NCBI GenBank assembly: GCA_964597065.1
Contig: CAZQXG010000005.1
Span: 6,700-70,699, forward strand
Source of the DNA: an uncultured Alcaligenaceae bacterium
Lineage (GTDB): Bacteria > Planctomycetota > Planctomycetia > Gemmatales > Gemmataceae
Reading direction: 5' to 3'
Length of the DNA stretch: 64,000 nt
Shown here: one piece after another, positions 28,799 to 38,302 of the stretch
Layout of the letters: every line of letters starts with the position of its first letter
Numbering within the stretch: position 1 is the stretch's first letter
The notes under the pieces: model-generated
Told to the model about the DNA's origin: nothing
What the model saw: only the letters and a program-made list of their open reading frames with translations
The model's database searches: none
Made by a program: the position numbers and the translations under genes

Positions 28799-28864
28799 GT
28801 AGCCGAATTCGCCAGAATTCGGTGCCAGCCCGCTCCCCAAGCGAATTCTGGCGAATTCGGCTAC
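28799..28864. repeat. perfect 23-bp inverted repeat carrying GAATTC sites
   Basis: gtagccgaattcgccagaattcg, a 20-nt loop, then cgaattctggcgaattcggctac, 6 nt after the SDR stop. A half-copy (tagccgaattcgcccgaatt, reverse orientation) lies at about 35176-35200. Confidence 0.85.
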
Positions 28865-29040
28865 AAGCTCCACAATTTGCCGCAAATCTTCAACGGACTG
28901 TTGACCTTTTCCTCGGCGTCGGCCATCATGGTAGATTGTGAAAGGCCATTTTCGCCCGGGCTCGGGCCCGGGGGGGAGAAAAAGGGCCGTGGTTCCCGAC
29001 CCCGGGTCGGGAGGGTCTTGGAAAAAGGAGATGAGCTTCC

Positions 29041-29583
29041 TTGCCTATTGGTTCCAACGAGCGGCACGCGCCGCATGACCGCCGCGATCATCAGAGGGTT
29101 AACGACCAGATTCGCATCAGTCCCGTCCGCTTGATCGGCCCCAACGGAGACCAGCTCGGGGTTGTACCGACCGCGCAAGCCCTGGACATGGCCCGCGAAG
29201 CCAATCTCGACCTGGTCGAGGTGGCCGCCACCGAGCGGCCGCCGGTGTGCAAGATCATGGACTTCGGCAAGTTCAAGTTCTTGCAAAAGCAAAAGCAAAA
29301 GGACAAGACCAAGTCCCACCACCAGAAGCTCAAGGAAATCCGGGTCCGGCCCAAGACGGGCGACCACGACGTGGACACCAAAGTGAACCAGGCCCGCAAG
29401 TTCCTGGAGCACAAGGACAAAGTCCTGGTGTACGTCGTCTTCAAAGGCCGCGAGATGCAACACATCGAGGAGGGCCGCCGCATCATGGACCGCATCCTCG
29501 ACAAGCTGGGCGACCTGGCCAAGCTCGAAAAGAACCCCGGCATGGAGGGCAAGCGCCTGACCGCCCTGCTGGCCCCGCGATAA
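29041..29583 (+). CDS. infC: translation initiation factor IF-3
   Basis: NDQIRISPVRLIGPNGDQLGVV...VEVAATERPPVCKIMDFGKFKF...KEIRVRPKTGDHD. The true start is probably a non-ATG codon between 29041 and about 29100. Confidence 0.9.
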   Translation: MPIGSNERHAPHDRRDHQRVNDQIRISPVRLIGPNGDQLGVVPTAQALDMAREANLDLVEVAATERPPVCKIMDFGKFKFLQKQKQKDKTKSHHQKLKEIRVRPKTGDHDVDTKVNQARKFLEHKDKVLVYVVFKGREMQHIEEGRRIMDRILDKLGDLAKLEKNPGMEGKRLTALLAPR

Positions 29584-29726
29584 GGCTGTCCGCGAACTTT
29601 TTTGGAGGGAAATTGAAAATTGTCGCGACTCGAAAGAATTGAACTCGCCTCGACAGGCGCTGACCACGGTAGTGGTTTTTGCTACAATCCCTTTTGGTCG
29701 TAAAACTACATCAAGCGGGGATTGCC

Positions 29727-29927
29727 ATGCCCAAGATGAAGACCCACAAGGGTTCCCTGAAGCGGTTTCGCGTCACCGCCACGGGAAAGCTGAAACGGCC
29801 CCAGGCCGGCAAGAAGCACCTGAATTCTCACAAGGCCACCAAGCGGAAAAGGCAGCTGCGCGGCAAGTTCGTCGATGCGGGCCGGCTGGCCGGCAAGTAC
29901 GTGGAGGCCATGGGGCAGGTCCCCTGA
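29727..29927 (+). CDS. rpmI: 50S ribosomal protein L35
   Basis: [24 protein letters not shown]. Confidence 0.93.
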   Translation: MPKMKTHKGSLKRFRVTATGKLKRPQAGKKHLNSHKATKRKRQLRGKFVDAGRLAGKYVEAMGQVP

Positions 29928-29943
29928 GCTGAGAAGAATTTTT

Positions 29944-29996
29944 GATTTTTGATTTTTGATTTCTGATTTTCAGTCGCCAATCAAAAATCAAAAATC
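29944..29996 (+). repeat. 18-bp perfect hairpin built from GATTTTT heptamers between rpmI and rplT
   Basis: gatttttgatttttgatt (29944-29961) pairs perfectly with aatcaaaaatcaaaaatc (29979-29996). The loop is 17 nt. Confidence 0.85.
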
Positions 29997-30013
29997 CTCA
30001 AGGAGCGTGGATC

Positions 30014-30367
30014 ATGGTACGGGCACGCAGCGGCAAGACGGTGACCCAGGGCCGCAAGCGCCTCCGCCGCCTCACCAAGGGCTTTCGCCTGAGCCGGCAT
30101 AATCTCGTCCGTCAATCGCTGGTGACCCTGATGCGCGGGCGGGTCTATGCCTTCCGCGACCGCCGGGTCCGCAAGCGCGAGTTCCGCAAGCTCTGGATCG
30201 TGCGCCTCAGCGCCGCCTGCCGCATGCGCGGGCTGCGCTACAGCCAGCTCATCGCCGGCCTCAATCGGGCCAACGTCATCCTCGACCGCAAGACCCTCGC
30301 CGACCTGGCCGTCCACGATCCCGACACGTTTACCAAGATCGTCGAGCTGGCGCGAAAGAACCTGTAA
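30014..30367 (+). CDS. rplT: 50S ribosomal protein L20
   Basis: MVRARSGKTVTQGRKRLRRLTKGFR... Confidence 0.95.
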   Translation: MVRARSGKTVTQGRKRLRRLTKGFRLSRHNLVRQSLVTLMRGRVYAFRDRRVRKREFRKLWIVRLSAACRMRGLRYSQLIAGLNRANVILDRKTLADLAVHDPDTFTKIVELARKNL

Positions 30368-30369
30368 TC

Positions 30370-31392
30370 ATGTCTCAACTCGCCGACCTGGAACAACGAG
30401 CCAGGACCGAACTTGCCTCCTGTCAGGACGAGGTCGCCCTGCGCGCCTGGCAGGCCAAGTATTTCGGCAAGCAAGGCGAGGTGGTGCTTGCGGTCAAGGA
30501 CGTTTCCAAGGTCGCTTCGGACCAGCGCCGCGCTTACGGCATGGAAGCCAACCGCATCAAGGAAGAGCTGACGCGCGCCTACGAGGAAAAGCTGGCCGGG
30601 CAGAAAGAGCGGGCCCTGGAGCAGAGCCTGGGGGCCCTTGCCCTGGACGTGACCTTGCCCGGCCGCCTGCTGCACCCCGGCCGGCTCCACGTCGCCAGCC
30701 GCGTCCTGCGCGAGATTGGCGCCGTCTTCGCCGATCTCGGCTTCCAGATCTACCGCAGCCGCGAAGTCGAGGACGACCTCACCAACTTCGAGCTCCTCAA
30801 CATGCCGCCGCACCACCCCGCGCGCGACATGTGGGACACCTTCCACACCACCATCCCCGGCGTCCTGCTCCGCACCCACACTTCGCCTGGGCAAATCCAC
30901 GTCATGCGCGAGCAATGCCCCGAGCCGATCCGCGTCATCCTGCCCGGCATGTGCTACCGGTACGAAGTCATCACCACGCGCAGCGAGATCATGTTCCACC
31001 AGGTGGAAGGCCTCGCCGTCGGCACGCGCGTCACCATGGCCGACTTGAAGGGCACCATCGTCGCCTTCGCCCGGCGAACGTTCGGCGCCGAGCGGCAAGT
31101 CCGCATCCGCTCCAGTTACTTTCCCTTTACCGAGCCGTCGATCGAGGTGGACATGGACTGCATCGTCTGCTCTGGTAAGGGCTGCGGCCTGTGCAAGCGC
31201 AGCGGCTGGCTCGAGATCATGGGCGCCGGCATGGTCCACCCGGTGGTCCTCACGAACGGCGGCTACGACCCGGAAAAATTCACCGGCTTCGCCTTCGGCA
31301 TGGGCGTCGAGCGCATCGTCATGCTGAAATACGCCATCGACGATATCCGCCAGTTCTGGGCCAATGATTTGCGGTTTCTGCGGCAGTTTTGA
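30370..31392 (+). CDS. pheS: phenylalanine--tRNA ligase alpha subunit
   Basis: 340 aa. HPARDMWDTF, FHQVEGL and GAGMVHP are class II motifs. Confidence 0.95.
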   Translation: MSQLADLEQRARTELASCQDEVALRAWQAKYFGKQGEVVLAVKDVSKVASDQRRAYGMEANRIKEELTRAYEEKLAGQKERALEQSLGALALDVTLPGRLLHPGRLHVASRVLREIGAVFADLGFQIYRSREVEDDLTNFELLNMPPHHPARDMWDTFHTTIPGVLLRTHTSPGQIHVMREQCPEPIRVILPGMCYRYEVITTRSEIMFHQVEGLAVGTRVTMADLKGTIVAFARRTFGAERQVRIRSSYFPFTEPSIEVDMDCIVCSGKGCGLCKRSGWLEIMGAGMVHPVVLTNGGYDPEKFTGFAFGMGVERIVMLKYAIDDIRQFWANDLRFLRQF

Positions 31393-31598
31393 AGAGCGTC
31401 CCCGCCTATCACCGAGGGTTACATCACTGTCACCTTCCGGGCAACGAAACACAGCGTCGAGTGGATGTTTGGGCTGACTCTTCACCCGGGGCCACCCGGC
31501 CGAATTTTGGCCGGCAACAGGCGGCAAAATCAGGTAACAGATTACGGGAAAATCTCCTAGAACACCATGCGGGCACGTCTTCGAAATGGGGTGTTCGC

Positions 31599-32423
31599 AT
31601 GGCCACGCCAGTTGTTGTTTCTTGTTATCCAGAAGGGGGCCCGGGCCGCCACTTGAAGGCTCGCCTGGCTGCCGGAGAAGTATTGCTGGGCGGCATCCTG
31701 GCGGAGTATGCCCGTCCCTCCCTGGTCAAGCTCTACCGCGAGGCAGGTTTCGATTTTCTGTACGTCGAGTACGAGCACGGTTCCTTCGCTCCGGGCGCGT
31801 TGGCCGACACCGTGCTGTGCGCCCGCGATAACGGCTTGCCGGTGATCGCCAAGACGCCGCAACTGGAACGCGCGGAGGTCGCCAGGTTGCTGGAATGCGG
31901 CGTGGTCGGCATTCAACTGCCGCGGACCGAAACGCGGCACCAGGTGGAAACCTTGCGCGGTTATTTGAAGTTCCCGCCGGCCGGCTCCAGGGCGGTCGCG
32001 CCGGGGTACGGCAACAGCGACTATCTCCAGCCCGGCGACTGGAAGAGATGGATGGCCGAGCAAGATGCCGAGACGCTCCTGGTCGTGCACATCGAGACCA
32101 GGTTGGGCTACGAGAAGGCGGCCGAAATCATCTCGACCCGGGGCGTGGACATGGTTTATATCGGTCCAGGCGATTTCTCCATCGAGATGGGACATCCCGG
32201 AGACTACGACCATCCCCAGGTCGCCGGCCCGATGAGCGAGATGGTGGCGATATGCGCCAAGCACGGCGTCCCGTTCGGCACCACGGCTTCCAGCGCGGAG
32301 GCTGCCGGCGCCTGGATCAAGAAAGGCGCACGCTTTTTCGAGACGATGGATGAGTTGACTTTCATCCAGCAGGCAGCGTCGAGGCTCGTTCAAGAATACC
32401 GCACCGTGATGCCCCAGCGCTAG
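31599..32423 (+). CDS. HpcH/HpaI-family aldolase (second paralogue)
   Basis: ATG at 31599. LYVEYEHG...VGIQLPRTE...IGPGDFS. Confidence 0.8.
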   Translation: MATPVVVSCYPEGGPGRHLKARLAAGEVLLGGILAEYARPSLVKLYREAGFDFLYVEYEHGSFAPGALADTVLCARDNGLPVIAKTPQLERAEVARLLECGVVGIQLPRTETRHQVETLRGYLKFPPAGSRAVAPGYGNSDYLQPGDWKRWMAEQDAETLLVVHIETRLGYEKAAEIISTRGVDMVYIGPGDFSIEMGHPGDYDHPQVAGPMSEMVAICAKHGVPFGTTASSAEAAGAWIKKGARFFETMDELTFIQQAASRLVQEYRTVMPQR

Positions 32424-32432
32424 GAGCTGCCC

Positions 32433-33785
32433 ATGTCGCCATCGTCCGAGCAAGCCGATCTCGAAGCCGGCACGGCCCGCTTGCCGGTGGTGGTGCTGGT
32501 GTCGATGCTCAACATGTTCTTTGCCGGCATCCTGGATTATTCATTGCCTTTGTATTTCAAAGCCCTGGGTTATCCCGAAAGCGGCTGGGCCCAGCTGGTG
32601 GCGTGGCAAACGGCGCCCTGGTTTTTCGCGCCGATCCTTGCCGGGCTGCTGTCGCGGCAGTTTGGCGAACGAAGAGTTTGGGGGGCAGCCATGCTGGGGC
32701 AGGCCGTGGTGCCCGCTTTCCTGGCCACGGTTCCCGATGTCGAGATGCTGGCCCCCGTGGCGTTCTGGTATGGCTTCACCGGGGCCTTGATGTGGATCGG
32801 CGGCATCTCGCTGGCCCAGGTCGTGCCAGCGCACAAGAAAGGACTGGCCAACGGCCTGATGATGATGTCCCTGGGCGTGGGCAACCTGCTGGGACCGCTG
32901 CTAGGCCGGGCCATACTTTGGCATGAGCAGGTGCGGGCCCTGGCGGATGCGGGTGAGTGGCCGGACATCGGCCGGTTTCTGATCAATCTGATCAAGCCCA
33001 CGAGCGACCCATCGCTTGCCGGGTTCGAAGTGATTTTCTGGGGACTCGCCGGTACAACCGTTTTGGGCGCGGCCGTGATGTGGACCTTGGGACAGCGGCC
33101 GGGACGCTGGCAGGGAGAGAAGGCCGACCAGACCTGGGCCGAAACCGCCGACGACCTGAAGCGCGTGCTCAGCAACCCGCGCTTCTGGGGCTTGGTGATC
33201 CCCCTGTGCCTCCTGGGGGGAGCCATTTTTCAAGCGAGTAACCAGTTCTTGCCCTACCGCGCCAAAAACCTGGAGTTGATTGCCGGCTCGCAGGATCGCG
33301 GCTGGGTCCTTTTGAAGTTGCTGCAAGTATTCATGTGGATTCCAGGCGGCCTGGCCGTGGGACTGCTGGCCGGCCGGCGGGCGCCAGGGCTGGCCGGCGT
33401 GTTGATGCTCGCCGGTTTCGGCCTGTCCGCCGCCGGCATCGCCTGGGCCTCGACTAGCGCTGGCCTGTTCGTCGCGGTCGCCGCTTTCGAGTTCGTCCGT
33501 CAATTCATGCGCTGGTCGCACGCGGGCTACTTGTCGGAACACATGCCGGCGGACCTGCGGGCAACCGCCATCGGTCTGGCCATCACCTTTTCCGGAACCA
33601 GCGCGGCGATCTTTGGGTTCCTCAGCAATGCCGTCTGGAACCCGGACGCCGCCGGCTTCGACTCGCGCGATCCGTTCTGGCTGGCCGCCGGTTTGGGAGT
33701 GACCGGCGCCCTGGGCTTGTTCGTGTTCGACCGCTTTGTGCCGATTCGACAAGAAAGCAATCCGCAGATTCAGCGGGAGAGCTAA
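32433..33785 (+). CDS. MFS transporter
   Basis: 450 aa with about 12 hydrophobic helices. Confidence 0.8.
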   Translation: MSPSSEQADLEAGTARLPVVVLVSMLNMFFAGILDYSLPLYFKALGYPESGWAQLVAWQTAPWFFAPILAGLLSRQFGERRVWGAAMLGQAVVPAFLATVPDVEMLAPVAFWYGFTGALMWIGGISLAQVVPAHKKGLANGLMMMSLGVGNLLGPLLGRAILWHEQVRALADAGEWPDIGRFLINLIKPTSDPSLAGFEVIFWGLAGTTVLGAAVMWTLGQRPGRWQGEKADQTWAETADDLKRVLSNPRFWGLVIPLCLLGGAIFQASNQFLPYRAKNLELIAGSQDRGWVLLKLLQVFMWIPGGLAVGLLAGRRAPGLAGVLMLAGFGLSAAGIAWASTSAGLFVAVAAFEFVRQFMRWSHAGYLSEHMPADLRATAIGLAITFSGTSAAIFGFLSNAVWNPDAAGFDSRDPFWLAAGLGVTGALGLFVFDRFVPIRQESNPQIQRES

Positions 33786-33810
33786 CGAATCGCCGGGCGA
33801 TATCAAGCAG

Positions 33811-34482
33811 CTACGGCTCGGTATCGACCCGGGCCCAGATCATCGGGGTGGCCGGGCCCTTGAGGCGAACGTCGGGGAACATGTTGTCGCTGGCGGCTGG
33901 CTGAACACTGGTGACCGTCACTTCGCCGGGGGCCAATAGCTCCAGCGGCCCTTGCACCGGCATTTGTCCCACCACCAGAGAATGCGTGTCGGCCCCTTCC
34001 ACGCTGAGGATCTCGATCTCCGCGCTGGAGGCCACGAGGTAAATCTCGAGCGGCGACGGGACAACCGCAGGCGGATTATCGACTTTCGCGGCCAGACCGA
34101 TCTGCTGCGGACGCGGCTCGGGCCACAGGGGCTCGGGCCACAGGAAGGCGACCAGCAATACCGCGGCAGCCATGGTCCCCAGCGCCGCCACCAGCGCGCC
34201 CCAGCGAAGCCCTCGTCGCCTCGAAGTCTCGAGCGGAAGAGATTGCAGCCGCTCCAGGACCACGGCCCAGGATCCGGGCGCCGGCTCGGCTGGACTGGTT
34301 TCGTCCCAGAGTTCCTCGAGCGGCCGGTTGCCGTGCACCTGGTCCAGGTCTTCGGGATGCTCGGCCAGCCAGTGCTCGACTTCCTGTCGGAACGGCCATA
34401 GCGCAGGGTCCCGCTCCAGCTCGCCGTCGGCGTAGGCGGCGAACAACTCGGGCCTGGGTTTACCTTTTTCCCACTGGCTCAT
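33811..34482 (-). CDS. anti-sigma factor (single TM)
   Basis: Overlaps the 3' end of the ECF sigma gene. N-terminal LFAAYADGELE motif and a central TM helix (WGALVAALGTMAAAVLLVAFLW). Confidence 0.7.
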   Translation of the reverse strand: MSQWEKGKPRPELFAAYADGELERDPALWPFRQEVEHWLAEHPEDLDQVHGNRPLEELWDETSPAEPAPGSWAVVLERLQSLPLETSRRRGLRWGALVAALGTMAAAVLLVAFLWPEPLWPEPRPQQIGLAAKVDNPPAVVPSPLEIYLVASSAEIEILSVEGADTHSLVVGQMPVQGPLELLAPGEVTVTSVQPAASDNMFPDVRLKGPATPMIWARVDTEP

Positions 34483-35089
34483 GATTGGCGTTCAACAAGG
34501 GCTCGAGAAAGGCGCGCAACTTTTGTCGGGCGTAGTACAGCCGGCTCATGACCGTGCCGATGGAGATCCCGAGAACGTCCGCCACTTCGCGGTAACTCAG
34601 GTCCGCCTCGGCATGAAGCACGAAGGTGCGGCGCTGGGCCTCGGGAAGCCGGGCCAACGCCCGCTGCATCATTTGGCGAAATTCGGCCCGTTCCAGTCCC
34701 TCGGCCGGGTTCTCGTGCCTCAACAAGGGCTCCACCGCCTCACGGTCAGGCCCGGCCAACGCGTCCAGGCGGATCGCTTCACGGCGCCGCCGTTGCCTGC
34801 CCAGATCCAGCGCGGCGTTGCTCACCACGCGCAACAACCAGGTCTTGAACGTGCTTCGCCCTTGGAAATTCCGCAGGTGCGTCAGCGCTTTGATAAAGCC
34901 GTCCTGCACCGCATCGAGCGCGTCGGCCTCGTTGCCTAGAAGTCGATATGCCACCCGGTACGCCAGCGCTCGATAGCGCTGGAAAAGCTCTTCCAGGGCC
35001 GCCCGGTCCCCTCTGGACCAGCGGGACAAAAGCTGCTCGTCGGCACTTTCGTGCTTGCTGACCGGCGCGGAAACGGACATAACGGCCAT
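34460..35089 (-). CDS. ECF-type RNA polymerase sigma factor
   Basis: Region 2 (AYRVAYRLLGNEADALDAVQDGFIKA) and region 4 (LSYREVADVLGISIGTVMSRLYYARQKL). Start at 35089 or 35080. Confidence 0.88.
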   Translation of the reverse strand: MAVMSVSAPVSKHESADEQLLSRWSRGDRAALEELFQRYRALAYRVAYRLLGNEADALDAVQDGFIKALTHLRNFQGRSTFKTWLLRVVSNAALDLGRQRRRREAIRLDALAGPDREAVEPLLRHENPAEGLERAEFRQMMQRALARLPEAQRRTFVLHAEADLSYREVADVLGISIGTVMSRLYYARQKLRAFLEPLLNANHEPVGKR

Positions 35090-35137
35090 GACGCGGGCCT
35101 TCCCCTGATAGACGGCCGGGCGAACTTCCTTATTCGG

Positions 35138-35167
35138 ATTGTAATGCGCCGACCTTGGGAAAGGCAA
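35138..35167 (-). promoter_or_regulatory. possible sigma70-type promoter upstream of the ECF sigma gene
   Basis: On the minus strand: TTGCCT, 18 nt, TACAAT. Pattern match only. Confidence 0.25.
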
Positions 35168-35198
35168 CGATTAAAAAAATCAATTCGGGCGAATTCGG

Positions 35199-36230
35199 CT
35201 AGGTGCCGGGCCCGATGAGCTTTTGCACGGCCTGCCACATGGCGCGATGGGCTACCTCGCGATGGGCGCGGAAGCCAAGGGAATCGGCACGCACGCGCGC
35301 GGCATCGTCTTCGAGTTGCTCGCCAAGCCGGAAGTACAGAAACCACATGCCGCCCGCCAAGTCCCCTTCGCGATCGTAAATGAACAGCGGATGGCCGGCC
35401 TTGTCACCGACGACGGCCTGGAATTCATCCAGGTGCTTGCGCGCCAGAGTTTGCGGGGCCACTTCCAGGGACAGGAATTTCAGCCCGCGCTTTTCGGCCT
35501 GCTTGCGGTCCGGGCCATCCGAATCGCCTGGCTTGCGCAGGAACAGCACCGTGCGATAGCCGTTCGCCTGCAGCCAGTCCAGCCCTTCATCAAGCGCCGG
35601 GCGCAGGCCGTTGGCCACCTGCTCCTTGACCATGGTGAACTGCGGGATGCCGACCGGCAAAGCGGGCGGGGAATGGCTCTTCGTTTCGGGACCGGTCTTG
35701 GCGCCGGGAGGCGATTGCAGCGGCGGCTCCGAGGTCTGGGACGGATACAGCTTCTTTTCGTCTTTTGACTCCCCCGCCAACGGTTGCGGCGCCTCGAGCT
35801 TCACCGAACCCGGGGCGGGCTCCCAGCGATAGTCGGGCTTTTGACTGGTGCTGGGCGGATAACTGCTGAAGCCGGGTGGTGGGGCAGGCGGCGGAATCGG
35901 TTGCGAACTTGGCGGCAAGGGCACCGCGCCCGGCGGCGGCGGTGGGGACACGGCGCCCGACGGCGGCGGCGGAACCGTGGCGGGCGGCGGCGGAACCGTC
36001 CCTCCGGGCGGAAGCGCCGCCGGCAGCGGCACAGCCCCTGCCGGAGGCGGCCCGCCGGGAAATGCCGGCGGCGCTGGAGCCGGGGTCACCGCTCCCGGCG
36101 GAAATCCCGGCGCGGGATATGGCGCCGCGGGACATGGCGCCGCGGGACGGCATCGGCCACGACTCTTGCACCCCGATCCCCAAACAACCAATCCGGCCAC
36201 AAGCAGCCCGCGGAACCAAGGATTTCTCAT
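35199..36230 (-). CDS. lipoprotein with long Pro-rich linker and C-terminal phosphatase-like (DSP/PTP-like) domain
   Basis: Lipobox VVWGSGC and a low-complexity region of about 150 aa rich in P, A and G. The C-terminal NGYRTVLFLRKPGD...GLKFLSLEV...PLFIYDREGDLAGGMW resembles planctomycete phosphatase-domain proteins. Confidence 0.6.
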   Translation of the reverse strand: MRNPWFRGLLVAGLVVWGSGCKSRGRCRPAAPCPAAPYPAPGFPPGAVTPAPAPPAFPGGPPPAGAVPLPAALPPGGTVPPPPATVPPPPSGAVSPPPPPGAVPLPPSSQPIPPPAPPPGFSSYPPSTSQKPDYRWEPAPGSVKLEAPQPLAGESKDEKKLYPSQTSEPPLQSPPGAKTGPETKSHSPPALPVGIPQFTMVKEQVANGLRPALDEGLDWLQANGYRTVLFLRKPGDSDGPDRKQAEKRGLKFLSLEVAPQTLARKHLDEFQAVVGDKAGHPLFIYDREGDLAGGMWFLYFRLGEQLEDDAARVRADSLGFRAHREVAHRAMWQAVQKLIGPGT

Positions 36231-36415
36231 GGTTCGTCCTTTTCAAAAGCCGATCGCCCTTCGGAAAAAGGGCAATGATCCATCTGGATTTTACGTGAGG
36301 CGGCCCCGGCCAACCCAGACGGGCTTGCCGAAATGTGCCAGGATTGGCCGCTAAAATGGGTCGGGAATTCGGCCTGGGGGGAATTTAACGCCGACCGTGG
36401 GGCCGGGTCGGAAAG

Positions 36416-36461
36416 CACAGAAAAAATAATACCCGTGTCCCCCACTAAAAGGGGACACGGG
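36416..36461 (-). terminator. Rho-independent terminator of the ArsC/Spx-like gene
   Basis: 11-bp perfect stem cccgtgtcccc/ggggacacggg with a 7-nt loop. On the minus strand it is followed by UAUUAUUUUUUCU. Confidence 0.8.
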
Positions 36462-36553
36462 AAGATGAAGATTGGGCGGATAACCTCCCTGTTGGCACGA
36501 TGACAAGATCACTATAACGCGCGGTCCCGGGCCGTCAAGGAAAAAAGGACCGC

Positions 36554-36907
36554 TCAGCCACTTTTGTGCAAGGCTTGACGATACGCACCCTCGTCGAACC
36601 CGACCAGGAGGGTGTTGCCCTTGCGGAGGGTTGGGGCTCGGAGATTGCCGGATGGCCCCAGCAGATGCGCCAGCAGCGTGGCGTCGTCGGGCCTGTCCTT
36701 TTTCATGTCGAAGGTGACGACCTTTTTCCCCCGGGCGACCACCACCTTGGCGGCCGAGCGCGCCAGGGCCAGCGCCTCTTTCGGCCCCTGTCTTTCCTTG
36801 CGCGCGTCCTGAACCTCATCCACTTCAACGCCGTTCTTCTCAAGGAACCCCTGAGCCTTCTTGCAGGTCGTTCAGCTTTTGCGATGATACAGCCAGTCAA
36901 TCTTCAT
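36554..36907 (-). CDS. ArsC/Spx-family thioredoxin-fold protein with in-frame TGA at the first Cys of CxxC (candidate selenoprotein)
   Basis: ATG 36907, then MKIDWLYHRKS-TGA(36872-36874)-TTCKKAQGFLEKNGVEV, continuing in frame into the listed 36554..36823 ORF for 117 codons. Compare the Spx N-terminus SPSCTSCRKA. Confidence 0.65.
36839..36855 (-). promoter_or_regulatory. candidate bacterial SECIS hairpin
   Basis: The mRNA reads CUCAGGG-GUU-CCUUGAG, starting 17 nt after the UGA, with G/U in the apical loop. One pair is a G-U wobble that exists only in the sense-strand RNA. Confidence 0.4.
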
Positions 36908-37114
36908 TGTCGTTGGTCCTTTTCGCTTGGAAATCGAGGCGGCTTCTTTTTCGTGCACACCCCCCACGCGCACACCCTCATAATTGGAATTACACCCTAC
37001 CGGAATTACCAATCCTTCACAGTTCGTTTCCCAAGTCTCTTAGATACTTCATGTTACGACCCAGGCTTCGACCAGTTGCAGGAAGGATTCTGGCACGGGG
37101 TACCCTGTTCGCGT

Positions 37115-38302
37115 CTAGTAGCGCGGCATACCCGGGTCGATCCGCTCGGCCCATTCGAGAATGCCGCCCTTGAGGTTCTTGAGGCGCGAGAAGCCTTGCT
37201 CGCGAAGGAACTGGATGGCGCGGGCGCTGCGCATGCCGCTCTTGCAGTGAACGACGATCTCGCGAGCGCGATCTAGCTCGCCGAAGCGCTGCGGCAACTC
37301 GGGCAAGGGGATGAGGACGCTGCCGGCAATTCGGCAAATCTGAAACTCGGGCGGATTGCGGACGTCGAGGATGTACACCGGCTCGCCTTTTTTGACCATG
37401 GCGTGCAGCTCCTCGACGGTGATTTCGTAGCCCTCACGCTCCGCGTGAGGAGAGCCGGCAGTCGCCTCCTGCCCGCGTACTCCGCAGAATTCCTCGTAAT
37501 CGATCAGCCTGGTGATGGTCGGCTGGTCGCCGCACAGCGGGCAGCGCGGATTGCGGCGGACCTTGAATTCCTGGAAGCGCATTTCGAGAGCATCGTAGAG
37601 CAACAGCCGGCCCACGAGCGGCGAGCCCTGGCCCAGGATCAGCTTGACCGCCTCCGTGGCCTGGATGCAGCCGATCAGCCCGGGAAGAATGCCTAGCACG
37701 CCTCCCTCCGCGCAGCTCGGGACCTCACCGGGAGGGGGAGGCTCCGGGTACAGGCAGCGATAACATGGGCCGTGCGGTGGATAGAACACGGATGCCTGGC
37801 CGTCGAACCGGAAGATGCTGCCATACACGTTCGGCTTGCCCAGGAGCACGCAGGCATCGTTGACCAGGTAGCGGGTCGGAAAATTATCGGTGCCGTCGAT
37901 GATAATGTCGTAAGGCTCGATGATGCCGATGGCATTGGCGGAAGTCAAGCGCGTCTCATACAGGTCGAGGACGACTTCAGGATTGATGGCCTGGATGCGG
38001 TCGCGGGCGGACTGAAGCTTGGGCCGGCCGACGTCGGGCGTGCCGTGAATCACCTGGCGTTGCAGGTTGCTGAAATCGACGACATCGAAATCGACCAGCC
38101 CGATCCGGCCGATGCCGGCCGCCGCCAGGTACAGCCCCAGCGGGGCGCCCAGTCCTCCGGCGCCCATCAAGAGGATCTTGGCCGACTTGAGGCGCTTCTG
38201 CCCCTCCACGCCGACTTCCGGCATGATCAAGTGCCGGCTGTAACGGGCCATCTCCTTGGGGGAGAGATTTACTTGACTCGGAAGTTCCAGTTGCAGGTTC
38301 AT
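37115..38302 (-). CDS. moeB: MoeB/ThiF-type adenylyltransferase with C-terminal rhodanese domain (MoeZ-like)
   Basis: ATG at 38302. GAGGLGAP nucleotide loop, CxxC pairs (CYRC, CPLC), and a rhodanese active site (HCKSGMRS). Confidence 0.9.
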   Translation of the reverse strand: MNLQLELPSQVNLSPKEMARYSRHLIMPEVGVEGQKRLKSAKILLMGAGGLGAPLGLYLAAAGIGRIGLVDFDVVDFSNLQRQVIHGTPDVGRPKLQSARDRIQAINPEVVLDLYETRLTSANAIGIIEPYDIIIDGTDNFPTRYLVNDACVLLGKPNVYGSIFRFDGQASVFYPPHGPCYRCLYPEPPPPGEVPSCAEGGVLGILPGLIGCIQATEAVKLILGQGSPLVGRLLLYDALEMRFQEFKVRRNPRCPLCGDQPTITRLIDYEEFCGVRGQEATAGSPHAEREGYEITVEELHAMVKKGEPVYILDVRNPPEFQICRIAGSVLIPLPELPQRFGELDRAREIVVHCKSGMRSARAIQFLREQGFSRLKNLKGGILEWAERIDPGMPRY

